A DNA stretch of 17,881 nt from Lactovum sp. (GTDB lineage Bacteria > Bacillota > Bacilli > Lactobacillales > Streptococcaceae), in assembly GCA_047974165.1 (NCBI GenBank), contig JBKECB010000035.1, positions 1 to 17,881 on the forward strand, read 5' to 3'. Positions 1-6,860 of this stretch are shown one piece after another. Below the pieces are notes generated by a model, which worked only from the letters and a program-made list of their open reading frames with translations, ran no database searches and had not been told where the DNA came from. The translations under genes were made by a program, and so were the position numbers. Position 1 is the stretch's first letter. The number at the start of each line of letters is the position of its first letter.

Positions 1-216
1 TAGAAGAGCTTCGTCAAGCACCAAAATGTTCAGGAGGTATTTGAGGATAAGCAGCGAACTTTACTATGACCGCCTGACGGACTTGGTGATGTATATTGTG
101 AGTGGTCCTCAAAATCGGATCGTACCTCTGGAGAAGCTAATCTAAGTGCTGCCTTGACACTTTAAACAACGATTACAGTCTTTGAAAAAGATGAAAAAAT
201 TCTAAAAACTTTATCA

Positions 217-450
217 ATGAGCTACTTTGAAACTTGTATTAACAACTTAGACAAATGGTATCAAGAAATGATGTCAGTGCTGGATGCTCAAAAGGTAAAG
301 CAACTTGACATCAAATACTGGGCAGAATATAAGGAAGATGAGAGTTTTCTCTATTACGATGAAGCTTCAGGTGATGCACTCTATGATAACATTTTAAGCT
401 TGATGAACTTATCTGCTGAGCGGTCTCAAAGTATAGCTTCAAATGCATAA
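217..450 (+). CDS. Hypothetical small acidic protein (77 aa). No recognisable motif and no SD upstream.
   Basis: Intact 77-codon ATG ORF. Acidic C-terminal half (YYDEASGDALYDN). I recognise no family, and there is no SD-like sequence upstream. Confidence 0.35.
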   Translation: MSYFETCINNLDKWYQEMMSVLDAQKVKQLDIKYWAEYKEDESFLYYDEASGDALYDNILSLMNLSAERSQSIASNA

Positions 451-483
451 ATCATTGAAAGTAATGCTGAGCAGTTTGACAGT

Positions 484-732
484 ATGATACGGACGGTTAC
501 CTGGACGCAAAAGTCAGCTAAAACAGTAATTGATACTACTAATGGTCTTTTGAATTCCGGAGGAGTGGACTTAAAAAATAGTCAGGATTATATGATAATT
601 TTGGAACTCCCCTCTCTAATACACGGACTAATGGTGTTGATAGCAATAGTATCTTTGACTTTTTTCCCAACCACTTATGATAAAAGACAGTACGAAAAAG
701 TTAATGTTGTAAAAAGCTTTGATTGGCGTTGA
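484..732 (+). CDS. Hypothetical small membrane protein (82 aa, one predicted TM helix).
   Basis: ATG ORF with a hydrophobic stretch LIHGLMVLIAIVSLTFF. No clear SD. Tandem with the preceding small ORF. Confidence 0.3.
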   Translation: MIRTVTWTQKSAKTVIDTTNGLLNSGGVDLKNSQDYMIILELPSLIHGLMVLIAIVSLTFFPTTYDKRQYEKVNVVKSFDWR

Positions 733-980
733 CTACTTGTCTTTTTAGTGGCTCTTCTCTTGGGTGTTTTGAGACGGACATAGATATGACCTAAACCTAA
801 AAAAGAAAAAGTTTAGTTAAATTAATCTTTTTAAGAATAATAAAAATAAATAATAGAGATTTAGTATATTACTTTTTGAATAAATCTTTTGATAATAAGT
901 AGTGTTATATTTTTCTAAAATTATTATGACAGTTTAATAGTTGCTATTAAATGCTTATTTAAGAAAATTCTTAGTTAAAG

Positions 981-989
981 TGTTATAAT
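981..989 (+). promoter_or_regulatory. Extended -10 promoter element (TGtTATAAT) for gap.
   Basis: TGnTATAAT at 981-989, about 65 nt upstream of the gap ATG, inside a roughly 320-bp AT-rich non-coding leader. The -35 is weak. Confidence 0.45.
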
Positions 990-1054
990 AGTAAATGTAA
1001 GCTAGTTAAGAAATTAACTTAGTCAAATAAAATTCTTATAGGAGGCAACTACAC

Positions 1055-2065
1055 ATGGTAGTTAAAGTTGGTATTAATGGTTTTGGACGTATTGGTCGTC
1101 TTGCACTTCGTCGTATTCAAGAGCTTGAAGGAATCGAGGTTGTACACATCAACGATCTTACAGATCCAGCAATGCTTGCTCATCTTTTGAAATATGATAC
1201 AACTCAAGGTCGTTTCAATGGTGAAGTTAAGGTTGAAGAAAACGGTTTTGATGTAAATGGTAAATTCATCAAAGTTACTGCTGAACCAGATCCATCAAAC
1301 ATTAACTGGGCAGAAGCTGGCGTTGAAATCGTTCTTGAAGCAACTGGCTTTTTTGCAACTAAGGAAAAAGCTGAGAAGCATTTACATGCTAATGGCGCTA
1401 AGAAAGTTGTTATCACAGCACCTGGTGGAAGCGATGTTAAGACAATCGTCTTCAATACAAACCATTCAGAATTAACAGGTGAAGAAACTGTTATCTCTGG
1501 TGCATCATGTACTACAAACTGTTTAGCACCAATGGCTGACGCTTTGAATAAAGCTTTTGGTATCCAAGTAGGTACAATGACAACTATTCACTCATACACA
1601 GGTGATCAAATGACCCTTGATGGCCCACACCGTGGAGGTGATTTCCGTCGTGCACGTGCTGCTGCTGTAAATATCGTTCCTAACTCAACAGGTGCTGCAA
1701 AAGCTATCGGTCTTGTATTACCAGAGTTGAACGGTAAACTTCAAGGACATGCACAACGTGTATCTACACCAACAGGTTCATTGACTGAGCTTGTAGCAAT
1801 CGTTGATAAGAAAACTTCTGTTGAAGAAGTTAATGCAGCAATGGAAGCTGTTGCAAATGAATCTTATGGCTACAACACAGACGAAATCGTATCTTCAGAT
1901 ATCGTTGGTATGAGCTTTGGTTCATTATTTGATGCAACTCAAACAGAAGTAACAACAGCAGGTGATGCTCAACTTGTTAAAGTTGTATCATGGTATGACA
2001 ATGAAATGTCTTATACAGCTCAACTTATCCGTACTCTTCAATATTTTGCTGAAATCGCAAAATAA
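1055..2065 (+). CDS. gap: Glyceraldehyde-3-phosphate dehydrogenase (type I GAPDH).
   Basis: N-terminal [10 protein letters not shown] Rossmann motif and active-site [13 protein letters not shown]-terminal [16 protein letters not shown]. 336 aa. GGAGG SD at 1041-1045, 9 nt before the ATG. Very high identity to streptococcal Plr/GapA. Confidence 0.97.
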   Translation: MVVKVGINGFGRIGRLALRRIQELEGIEVVHINDLTDPAMLAHLLKYDTTQGRFNGEVKVEENGFDVNGKFIKVTAEPDPSNINWAEAGVEIVLEATGFFATKEKAEKHLHANGAKKVVITAPGGSDVKTIVFNTNHSELTGEETVISGASCTTNCLAPMADALNKAFGIQVGTMTTIHSYTGDQMTLDGPHRGGDFRRARAAAVNIVPNSTGAAKAIGLVLPELNGKLQGHAQRVSTPTGSLTELVAIVDKKTSVEEVNAAMEAVANESYGYNTDEIVSSDIVGMSFGSLFDATQTEVTTAGDAQLVKVVSWYDNEMSYTAQLIRTLQYFAEIAK

Positions 2066-2083
2066 GTAAGAGAGTAAATAAAA

Positions 2084-2104
2084 GTAGCTTCGGCTGCTTT
2101 TTTT
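2084..2104 (+). terminator. Rho-independent terminator of gap.
   Basis: GUAGC-UUCG-GCUGC hairpin: 5-bp stem including one G-U pair, UUCG tetraloop, followed by 7 U. Lies 19 nt after the gap stop. Confidence 0.7.
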
Positions 2105-2130
2105 GTAATAAAATGTCTTTAGATATAAGA

Positions 2131-2160
2131 AAAACGACTTTAGATTTTAAGTCGTTTTTT
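2131..2160 (-). terminator. Hairpin terminator downstream of the minus-strand PepSY lipoprotein gene. A/T runs on both sides, so it is bidirectional.
   Basis: aaaacgactt / aagtcgtttt: 10-bp perfect inverted repeat with an 8-nt loop, flanked by A-run and T-run. Lies 19 nt after the lipoprotein stop on the minus strand. Confidence 0.6.
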
Positions 2161-2178
2161 AAAATTTATATTAAATAC

Positions 2179-2775
2179 TTAATCATTTATATCCATATCA
2201 GATTCTCTGATATCACCAGATGCTGCATCAATTTCATAGCTATATTCAGTAGTTCCTATATAAAACTCAACTTCATAAACCTTGACATTGTTGTCGTAAT
2301 CTAAACTAACCTGAGTAAAATTAGCATCAGTTTCTTTTTTTCCAGCATGCGTTAAAGCAATTTCTTTTGCCTTAGCTTCACCAATCTCAGTAGAATTACT
2401 GGAAGAACTAGTATCTTTAGTACTTGATTCAGTACTAGAACTTTGAGAGCTAGAGGCTTCTTTACTAGAATTTGATGAGCTGATGATGTAATCCTCCACG
2501 TCAGAGTCGTAAGAAATAACATCTCCACTATCGGCATCAATTTCATAATCATACTCTGTTGCTCCTATGTAAAACTCGACATCATAAACTTTATTTCCAT
2601 CTTCTCTGTCGAGTTTTGTCCGAATAAACTGGGCATCAGACTCACTTTCACCTGCGTGTTTTATTGCAATCTCTCTTGCTTCTGATGCAGTGATCTTTGT
2701 TGAGTTATTTCCACAGGCAGTAAGAACTGTAAAGCTTGAAAGTGTCAGTAGTGTTATTATAAGTTTTTTGTTCAT
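2179..2775 (-). CDS. Lipoprotein with two tandem PepSY domains joined by a Ser-rich linker.
   Basis: Signal peptide MNKKLIITLLTLSSFTVLTAC with lipobox LTAC. Two repeated modules (KVYDVEFYIGATEYDYEIDADSGDV and KVYEVEFYIGTTEYSYEIDAASGDI) separated by SSSNSSKEASSSQSSSTESSTKDTSSSS. The ORF-track start at 2787 is TTG; the ATG at 2775 has GGAGG 5 nt upstream, so the start is placed there. Confidence 0.8.
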   Translation of the reverse strand: MNKKLIITLLTLSSFTVLTACGNNSTKITASEAREIAIKHAGESESDAQFIRTKLDREDGNKVYDVEFYIGATEYDYEIDADSGDVISYDSDVEDYIISSSNSSKEASSSQSSSTESSTKDTSSSSNSTEIGEAKAKEIALTHAGKKETDANFTQVSLDYDNNVKVYEVEFYIGTTEYSYEIDAASGDIRESDMDIND

Positions 2776-2798
2776 TTTTTCCTCCAAAGTTATATTTT

Positions 2799-2834
2799 TC
2801 TAACAAATAAATTATAACTTATTTTTGTTAGAAG
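2799..2834 (-). promoter_or_regulatory. 10-bp perfect inverted repeat (ttctaacaaa N16 tttgttagaa) between the HK stop and the PepSY lipoprotein start. Overlaps a TTATAAT -10-like hexamer on the minus strand.
   Basis: Arms at 2799-2808 and 2825-2834 are exact reverse complements. The 16-nt spacer, read on the minus strand, is aataagTTATAATtta. No U-tract follows, so it looks more like an operator or internal promoter than a terminator. Confidence 0.4.
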
Positions 2835-2855
2835 AAGATTAGAAAATATTAAAGC

Positions 2856-4184
2856 TTATTTTTTAAAAGTTATTTTAAAAGTAGTACCTTGCATGACTTT
2901 ACTTTTAACCTCAACTTTCCCCTTATGAAATTCAGCGATTTGCTTGACCATAGCAAGTCCAAGTCCCCAGCCTTTATTATGAGTTCTTGCTTTATCTGCC
3001 TGATAAAATCGATTCCAAATATGAGGAAGGTCAGTCTCATCAATCCCAATCCCATCGTCAGAGACAGAAAGTGAAAGAGTATTTTGATTTTCTTCTAATT
3101 GAATATAAATTTTTCCATTTTCCTTTCCATAGCGATAAGCATTTTGAAGGAGGTTTTGTATCAAACGTGTCATGAGAGAACTATCAACTTCAAAAAAAAT
3201 GTCAGCTTGTATGTTTTCTATTAAAAGGATATTTTTGCTATTTATTGTTAGATATTCTTGACAGATTGAAGAAATAAAGTTGCTAAAGTTGATTCGTTTT
3301 AGATTGGTATTTTCTATTTGTTGTTCGATTCGGGTAAATTGTAGTAAGGAATTAATGAGTTTAGACATGCGATAGCCTTGTTTTTGAATGGCCGTAATAG
3401 TTTCATATAATTCTTCTTTAGTCTTTGCGTGTTCAAAAGCATATTCACATTGAGCGAGTATAATACTAAGAGGCGTCCGAAGTTCATGAGAAGCATCTGA
3501 GGTAAAGTGTCGCTCAGCTTCAAAATTATTTTCTAGCTGAGAAAACATCTGATTGAAAGTAACGGCGAGCTGATAAAGTTCATCTTTATTTGTGTTTAAT
3601 TCAATTCGTTTAGATAAATCTCCACTTTCTTCGATTTCTTTTGCTAAGAAACTTATTTTTTTTATAGGACTTAAAGAGCGTGAGGCAATAAGGTATCCAC
3701 CGATAGCTGCAAGAAGAATGAGTAATGGTAAAGAAATGACAAGTGCCTGATACATCATGTTAATAGAGATAGCACTATTATTTTTAGATACAAAGCCTCT
3801 AATCCAGAAATTTCCAACTTGCCGATCGTAGAGGAAGTAATTCTCCTCTTTAATTTTTAGACTTGTAATATTTCTATCTTCAAAGTTTTTTGTTAAATGA
3901 GAGTACTCGTTGTCTCCACTTATCAACTTACCATTGGCATCAAAGATAAGACAGTTGATTCCATTTTTAAAGGAGATAAAATCCTCGTCAATATCAAGTT
4001 CACCATCTTCAAATTCTACTTCCTCAGTATTTTCGTCAACGATACTGATAAGTGTATTTTTGATAGTTCCAGAGGCGCTATTACTAGAGAGAAAGAAAGT
4101 GAAGGCGAGTATTAGACTAGAAAGGAGAATCATAAATCCAGTAAACCAAATTGTAATTTTTAATTTGATACTTAATTTTTTCAT
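2856..4184 (-). CDS. Sensor histidine kinase, EnvZ/OmpR-partner type: two TM segments, extracellular sensor domain, HisKA and HATPase_c.
   Basis: H-box SHELRTPLS, N-box LLQNAYRYG, G-boxes DDGIGI and GWGLGLAMV. Predicted TM1 near residue 15-35 and TM2 near 150-170. The ATG overlaps the response-regulator stop (ATGA at 4181-4184). Confidence 0.9.
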   Translation of the reverse strand: MKKLSIKLKITIWFTGFMILLSSLILAFTFFLSSNSASGTIKNTLISIVDENTEEVEFEDGELDIDEDFISFKNGINCLIFDANGKLISGDNEYSHLTKNFEDRNITSLKIKEENYFLYDRQVGNFWIRGFVSKNNSAISINMMYQALVISLPLLILLAAIGGYLIASRSLSPIKKISFLAKEIEESGDLSKRIELNTNKDELYQLAVTFNQMFSQLENNFEAERHFTSDASHELRTPLSIILAQCEYAFEHAKTKEELYETITAIQKQGYRMSKLINSLLQFTRIEQQIENTNLKRINFSNFISSICQEYLTINSKNILLIENIQADIFFEVDSSLMTRLIQNLLQNAYRYGKENGKIYIQLEENQNTLSLSVSDDGIGIDETDLPHIWNRFYQADKARTHNKGWGLGLAMVKQIAEFHKGKVEVKSKVMQGTTFKITFKK

Positions 4185-4855
4185 TCTTTAACCTTTAGAC
4201 AATAGCCAATCCCACGTACTGTATGGATGAGTTTGAGCTCATGCTTGTCGTCAATTTTTTTTCTTAAATAGGCAATGTAGACATCGACAACATTTGTACC
4301 ACCTTCATAATCATAATTCCAGACATTATCTTCAATTTTCTGCCTTGAGAGTATTTTATTTTTATTTCGGAGAAGGTATTCTAGCAAATTATATTCCAAA
4401 GCAGTTAGAGAAATTTCCTTTTGCTTCCGTGTGACGATGTGTGTTTCAGTATTTAAACTTAAGTCAGCTAAATTATAAATATTTGTTGGATTCTTAGAAA
4501 TAACTCGTGTTAAAACACGTAATCTTGCCAGAAGCTCATCGAAAGAAAATGGTTTGGTTAAGTAATCATTTGCTCCTAAATCAAGTCCTTTTACCTTATC
4601 GGAAATAGTATCTTTGGCTGTTAGAAAAAGCACAGGCGTGAGGTTGTCTTTGCTACGCAAAGCTTTGACAGCTTCAAAACCATCAAGTTTTGGCATCATA
4701 ATATCTAAAATGGCAGCATCGAAAAAATTACTTTCGAGATAATCTAGTGCATCCTCACCATTAAAGCAACTATCAACAGTATAGTTTTCAGCTCGTAATT
4801 TTTTAGTAATAATCTCATTTAAATCAACATCATCTTCTGCAATTAAAATTCTCAT
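4181..4855 (-). CDS. OmpR-family response regulator (receiver domain plus winged-helix DNA-binding domain).
   Basis: MRILIAEDD, phospho-acceptor in AAILDIMMPKLDG, and VLFLTAKD. C-terminal winged helix ...YIAYLRKKID...TVRGIGY. GGAGG SD 5 nt before the ATG. 224 aa. Confidence 0.9.
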   Translation of the reverse strand: MRILIAEDDVDLNEIITKKLRAENYTVDSCFNGEDALDYLESNFFDAAILDIMMPKLDGFEAVKALRSKDNLTPVLFLTAKDTISDKVKGLDLGANDYLTKPFSFDELLARLRVLTRVISKNPTNIYNLADLSLNTETHIVTRKQKEISLTALEYNLLEYLLRNKNKILSRQKIEDNVWNYDYEGGTNVVDVYIAYLRKKIDDKHELKLIHTVRGIGYCLKVKE

Positions 4856-4872
4856 TTTTACCTCCTTATTTT

Positions 4873-4881
4873 ATTATATCA
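4873..4881 (-). promoter_or_regulatory. Extended -10 (TGaTATAAT on the minus strand) for the RR-HK-PepSY operon.
   Basis: The reverse complement of 4873-4881 is TGATATAAT. It sits about 7 nt upstream of the AAGGAGG SD of the response-regulator gene. Confidence 0.45.
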
Positions 4882-4946
4882 TTGAATAATGAGAATGAGA
4901 TGAGAGCTTTTTCTCTGAAAAATCAAAGAAGAATTTTAGAAAAAAA

Positions 4947-4955
4947 TGTTATAAT
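4947..4955 (+). promoter_or_regulatory. Extended -10 (TGtTATAAT) for yqeG, 6 nt upstream of the ATG. This predicts a leaderless transcript.
   Basis: TG at 4947-4948 and TATAAT at 4950-4955. The ATG is at 4962. No SD lies between them. Confidence 0.4.
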
Positions 4956-4961
4956 TTAGCT

Positions 4962-5492
4962 ATGACAATAGAAAACTATCAGCCAACTTACTATCTAGAA
5001 GCAATCTATCAATTAGATGCTGAAACTTTAAAAAAAATAGGAGTAACGCTTGTTTTAGCTGACTTAGATAATACACTAACAGCTTGGAATAATCCTGAAG
5101 GTAGTCCTGAAATGAGAGCCTGGTTGGAAGAAATGAAAAGGGAAGGGATTTCGGTTGTTGTGGTATCCAATAATCATAAAAAAAGAGTAACTCGAGCAGT
5201 TGCCCCTTTTAATATTCCTTTTGTGTACCATGCATTAAAACCCTTTACAAGAGGGATACGTCAAGCAATGAGAGAACATAAAGGAGAGTTAAAGTCAACC
5301 CTAATGGTAGGAGATCAGCGAATGACAGATATTCGAGCAGCTAAGCGTGTTGGTATCCGTTCTGTTTTGGTGAAACCTTTACTTATTTCGGATCACTGGC
5401 CAACTTTGATAAATCGCACACGTGAGAAAAGAGTGACAAAAAAGATAGAGGAAAAGTATGGAGAGATTATTTATCAGAAAAATCTTAAATAA
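4962..5492 (+). CDS. yqeG: HAD-superfamily (subfamily IIIA) phosphatase YqeG.
   Basis: HAD motif I LADLDNTLTAW, motif II VVSNN, motif IV GDQRMTDI. Its length and N-terminus align with B. subtilis YqeG. First gene of the conserved yqeG-yqeH cluster. Confidence 0.85.
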   Translation: MTIENYQPTYYLEAIYQLDAETLKKIGVTLVLADLDNTLTAWNNPEGSPEMRAWLEEMKREGISVVVVSNNHKKRVTRAVAPFNIPFVYHALKPFTRGIRQAMREHKGELKSTLMVGDQRMTDIRAAKRVGIRSVLVKPLLISDHWPTLINRTREKRVTKKIEEKYGEIIYQKNLK

Positions 5493-5515
5493 ATTAAATA
5501 AAAGTTGTGCTTTTG

Positions 5516-5524
5516 TGATATACT
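5516..5524 (+). promoter_or_regulatory. Possible internal extended -10 (TGaTATACT) 6 nt upstream of the yqeH ATG.
   Basis: Same geometry as the yqeG promoter: a -10 hexamer, a 6-nt spacer (aagctt), then the ATG, with no SD. Confidence 0.3.
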
Positions 5525-5530
5525 AAGCTT

Positions 5531-6622
5531 ATGACTGAAGAACTTTATTGTATCGGCTGTGGAAGTTTAATCCAGATAGAAAATAAGAAAGAAGCTGGTT
5601 ATCTTCCAGTATCAGCTTTAAATAAAAAGCAAGAAGAGGAAGCCGTTTACTGCCAACGTTGTTTCAGACTTCGTCACTATAATGAAATTACAGCAAGCTC
5701 AATGACTGAGGAGGATTTCCTCCAAATGTTAAAGAAAATCAGTAAAAAAAATGCTCTGATTGTAAATGTCGTGGATATTTTTGATCTGACGGGTTCAATG
5801 ATAGAAAAATTACCCCAGTATGTTGGGAAGAATGAAATTTTACTAGTTGCAAATAAACTTGATATCCTACCTCACTCTTTGAAAAAGCATAAGCTGACAA
5901 CTTGGATAAGAAAAGAAGCAGGAAATCTTGGATTAAATGTAAAGGATGTTTTTGTCATGTCAGCCCGTCGTAAGGCTGATGTTGAAGAGTTGTTAGATTT
6001 GATTGATAACTATCGAAAAAATAGGGATGTTTATGTTGTTGGAGTTACAAACGTTGGAAAGTCAACCTTGATTAATGCGATGATAAAGCAGGTGAGTGGA
6101 CATTCAGATTTGATAACGACGAGCCGCTTTCCAGGAACAACTTTGGATTGGATTGAAATACCTTTAGATGAGAAGTCAAAGCTTATTGATACACCAGGTA
6201 TTATTCATAAAGGTCAGATGGCTCATTATTTAAACCCAGAAGATTTAAACTTAATTTCTCCCAAAAAGGAAATTAAGGCGAAAACTTGGCAGCTAAATGC
6301 TGGGCAAACATTATTTCTTGCAGGTTTAGCTAGGGTTGATTTTGTATCTGGTGAGCGTCAGGGGATTACGACTTATTTTGATAATGAATTAATGATTCAC
6401 AGAACGAAGCTCTCAGGAGCAGATGAATTTTACAAAAAGCATGCGGGTGAACTTTTAACTCCTAATATTTCAAAAATCTTCATCAAACATGAGTTCAAAA
6501 TTACAAGAAAGTCTGACCTTGTGATTTCAGGATTAGGATGGGTCCGTATTGCAAAAGAGGCTGAGTTTATAATCTGGACTTCTGAGTCGATTGATGTTTC
6601 TATTCGAGAGTCTTTAATTTAA
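5531..6622 (+). CDS. yqeH: Ribosome-biogenesis GTPase YqeH (circularly permuted GTPase with an N-terminal zinc ribbon).
   Basis: N-terminal CIGCG...CQRCF zinc ribbon. G4 (NKLD) precedes G1 (GVTNVGKSTLIN) and G3 (DTPGI), which is the circularly permuted order. 363 aa. Confidence 0.9.
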   Translation: MTEELYCIGCGSLIQIENKKEAGYLPVSALNKKQEEEAVYCQRCFRLRHYNEITASSMTEEDFLQMLKKISKKNALIVNVVDIFDLTGSMIEKLPQYVGKNEILLVANKLDILPHSLKKHKLTTWIRKEAGNLGLNVKDVFVMSARRKADVEELLDLIDNYRKNRDVYVVGVTNVGKSTLINAMIKQVSGHSDLITTSRFPGTTLDWIEIPLDEKSKLIDTPGIIHKGQMAHYLNPEDLNLISPKKEIKAKTWQLNAGQTLFLAGLARVDFVSGERQGITTYFDNELMIHRTKLSGADEFYKKHAGELLTPNISKIFIKHEFKITRKSDLVISGLGWVRIAKEAEFIIWTSESIDVSIRESLI

Positions 6623-6641
6623 AAAATAAAAGGAGGCTAAT

Positions 6642-6860
6642 ATGGAATGGTTAGAAAGTTATCGAGTATTAAAAATTAATGGTCTTACAAAAAAGGTCTT
6701 ACTAGAAGTCGATCCTGATGATCGTTTTTATAAGAAGTATGATTTAAATTTGTTTGATGAAAATGTCAGAGAAGGCTGTCAAGTTTATAAATATAAAAAT
6801 ATTGATGAACAAGAAGAATTTATTTTTATTACAGAAATTATGGAGAAAGAAGGAAGATGA
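6642..6860 (+). CDS. Hypothetical 72-aa cytosolic protein, translationally coupled to the downstream flotillin.
   Basis: Strong SD AAGGAGG 7 nt upstream. Its stop overlaps the flotillin ATG (ATGA). No TM segment. I recognise no family. Confidence 0.6.
   Translation: MEWLESYRVLKINGLTKKVLLEVDPDDRFYKKYDLNLFDENVREGCQVYKYKNIDEQEEFIFITEIMEKEGR

Noticed and set aside
733-1054. A 320-bp AT-rich gap leader as a possible sRNA, cre or CodY site
   Set aside because: I found no convincing cre (TGWAANCGNTNWCA) or CodY box match and no terminator-like hairpin. Only the TGtTATAAT promoter element is supported.
1204-1475. ORFs 1204..1455(-) and 1257..1475(+) inside gap
   Set aside because: They lie wholly inside the very well supported GAPDH CDS, on the other strand or in another frame. 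No RBS. Low-complexity translation.
2113-2552. ORFs 2113..2304(+) and 2352..2552(-) overlapping the PepSY lipoprotein gene
   Set aside because: They overlap a well-supported lipoprotein CDS in alternative frames and have no start context. They are antisense or frame-shadow artefacts.
2870-4191. Six short ORFs (61-93 aa) on both strands inside the histidine-kinase gene
   Set aside because: All lie within the 442-aa HK CDS, which has a full set of H/N/G boxes. None has an RBS or a recognisable domain.
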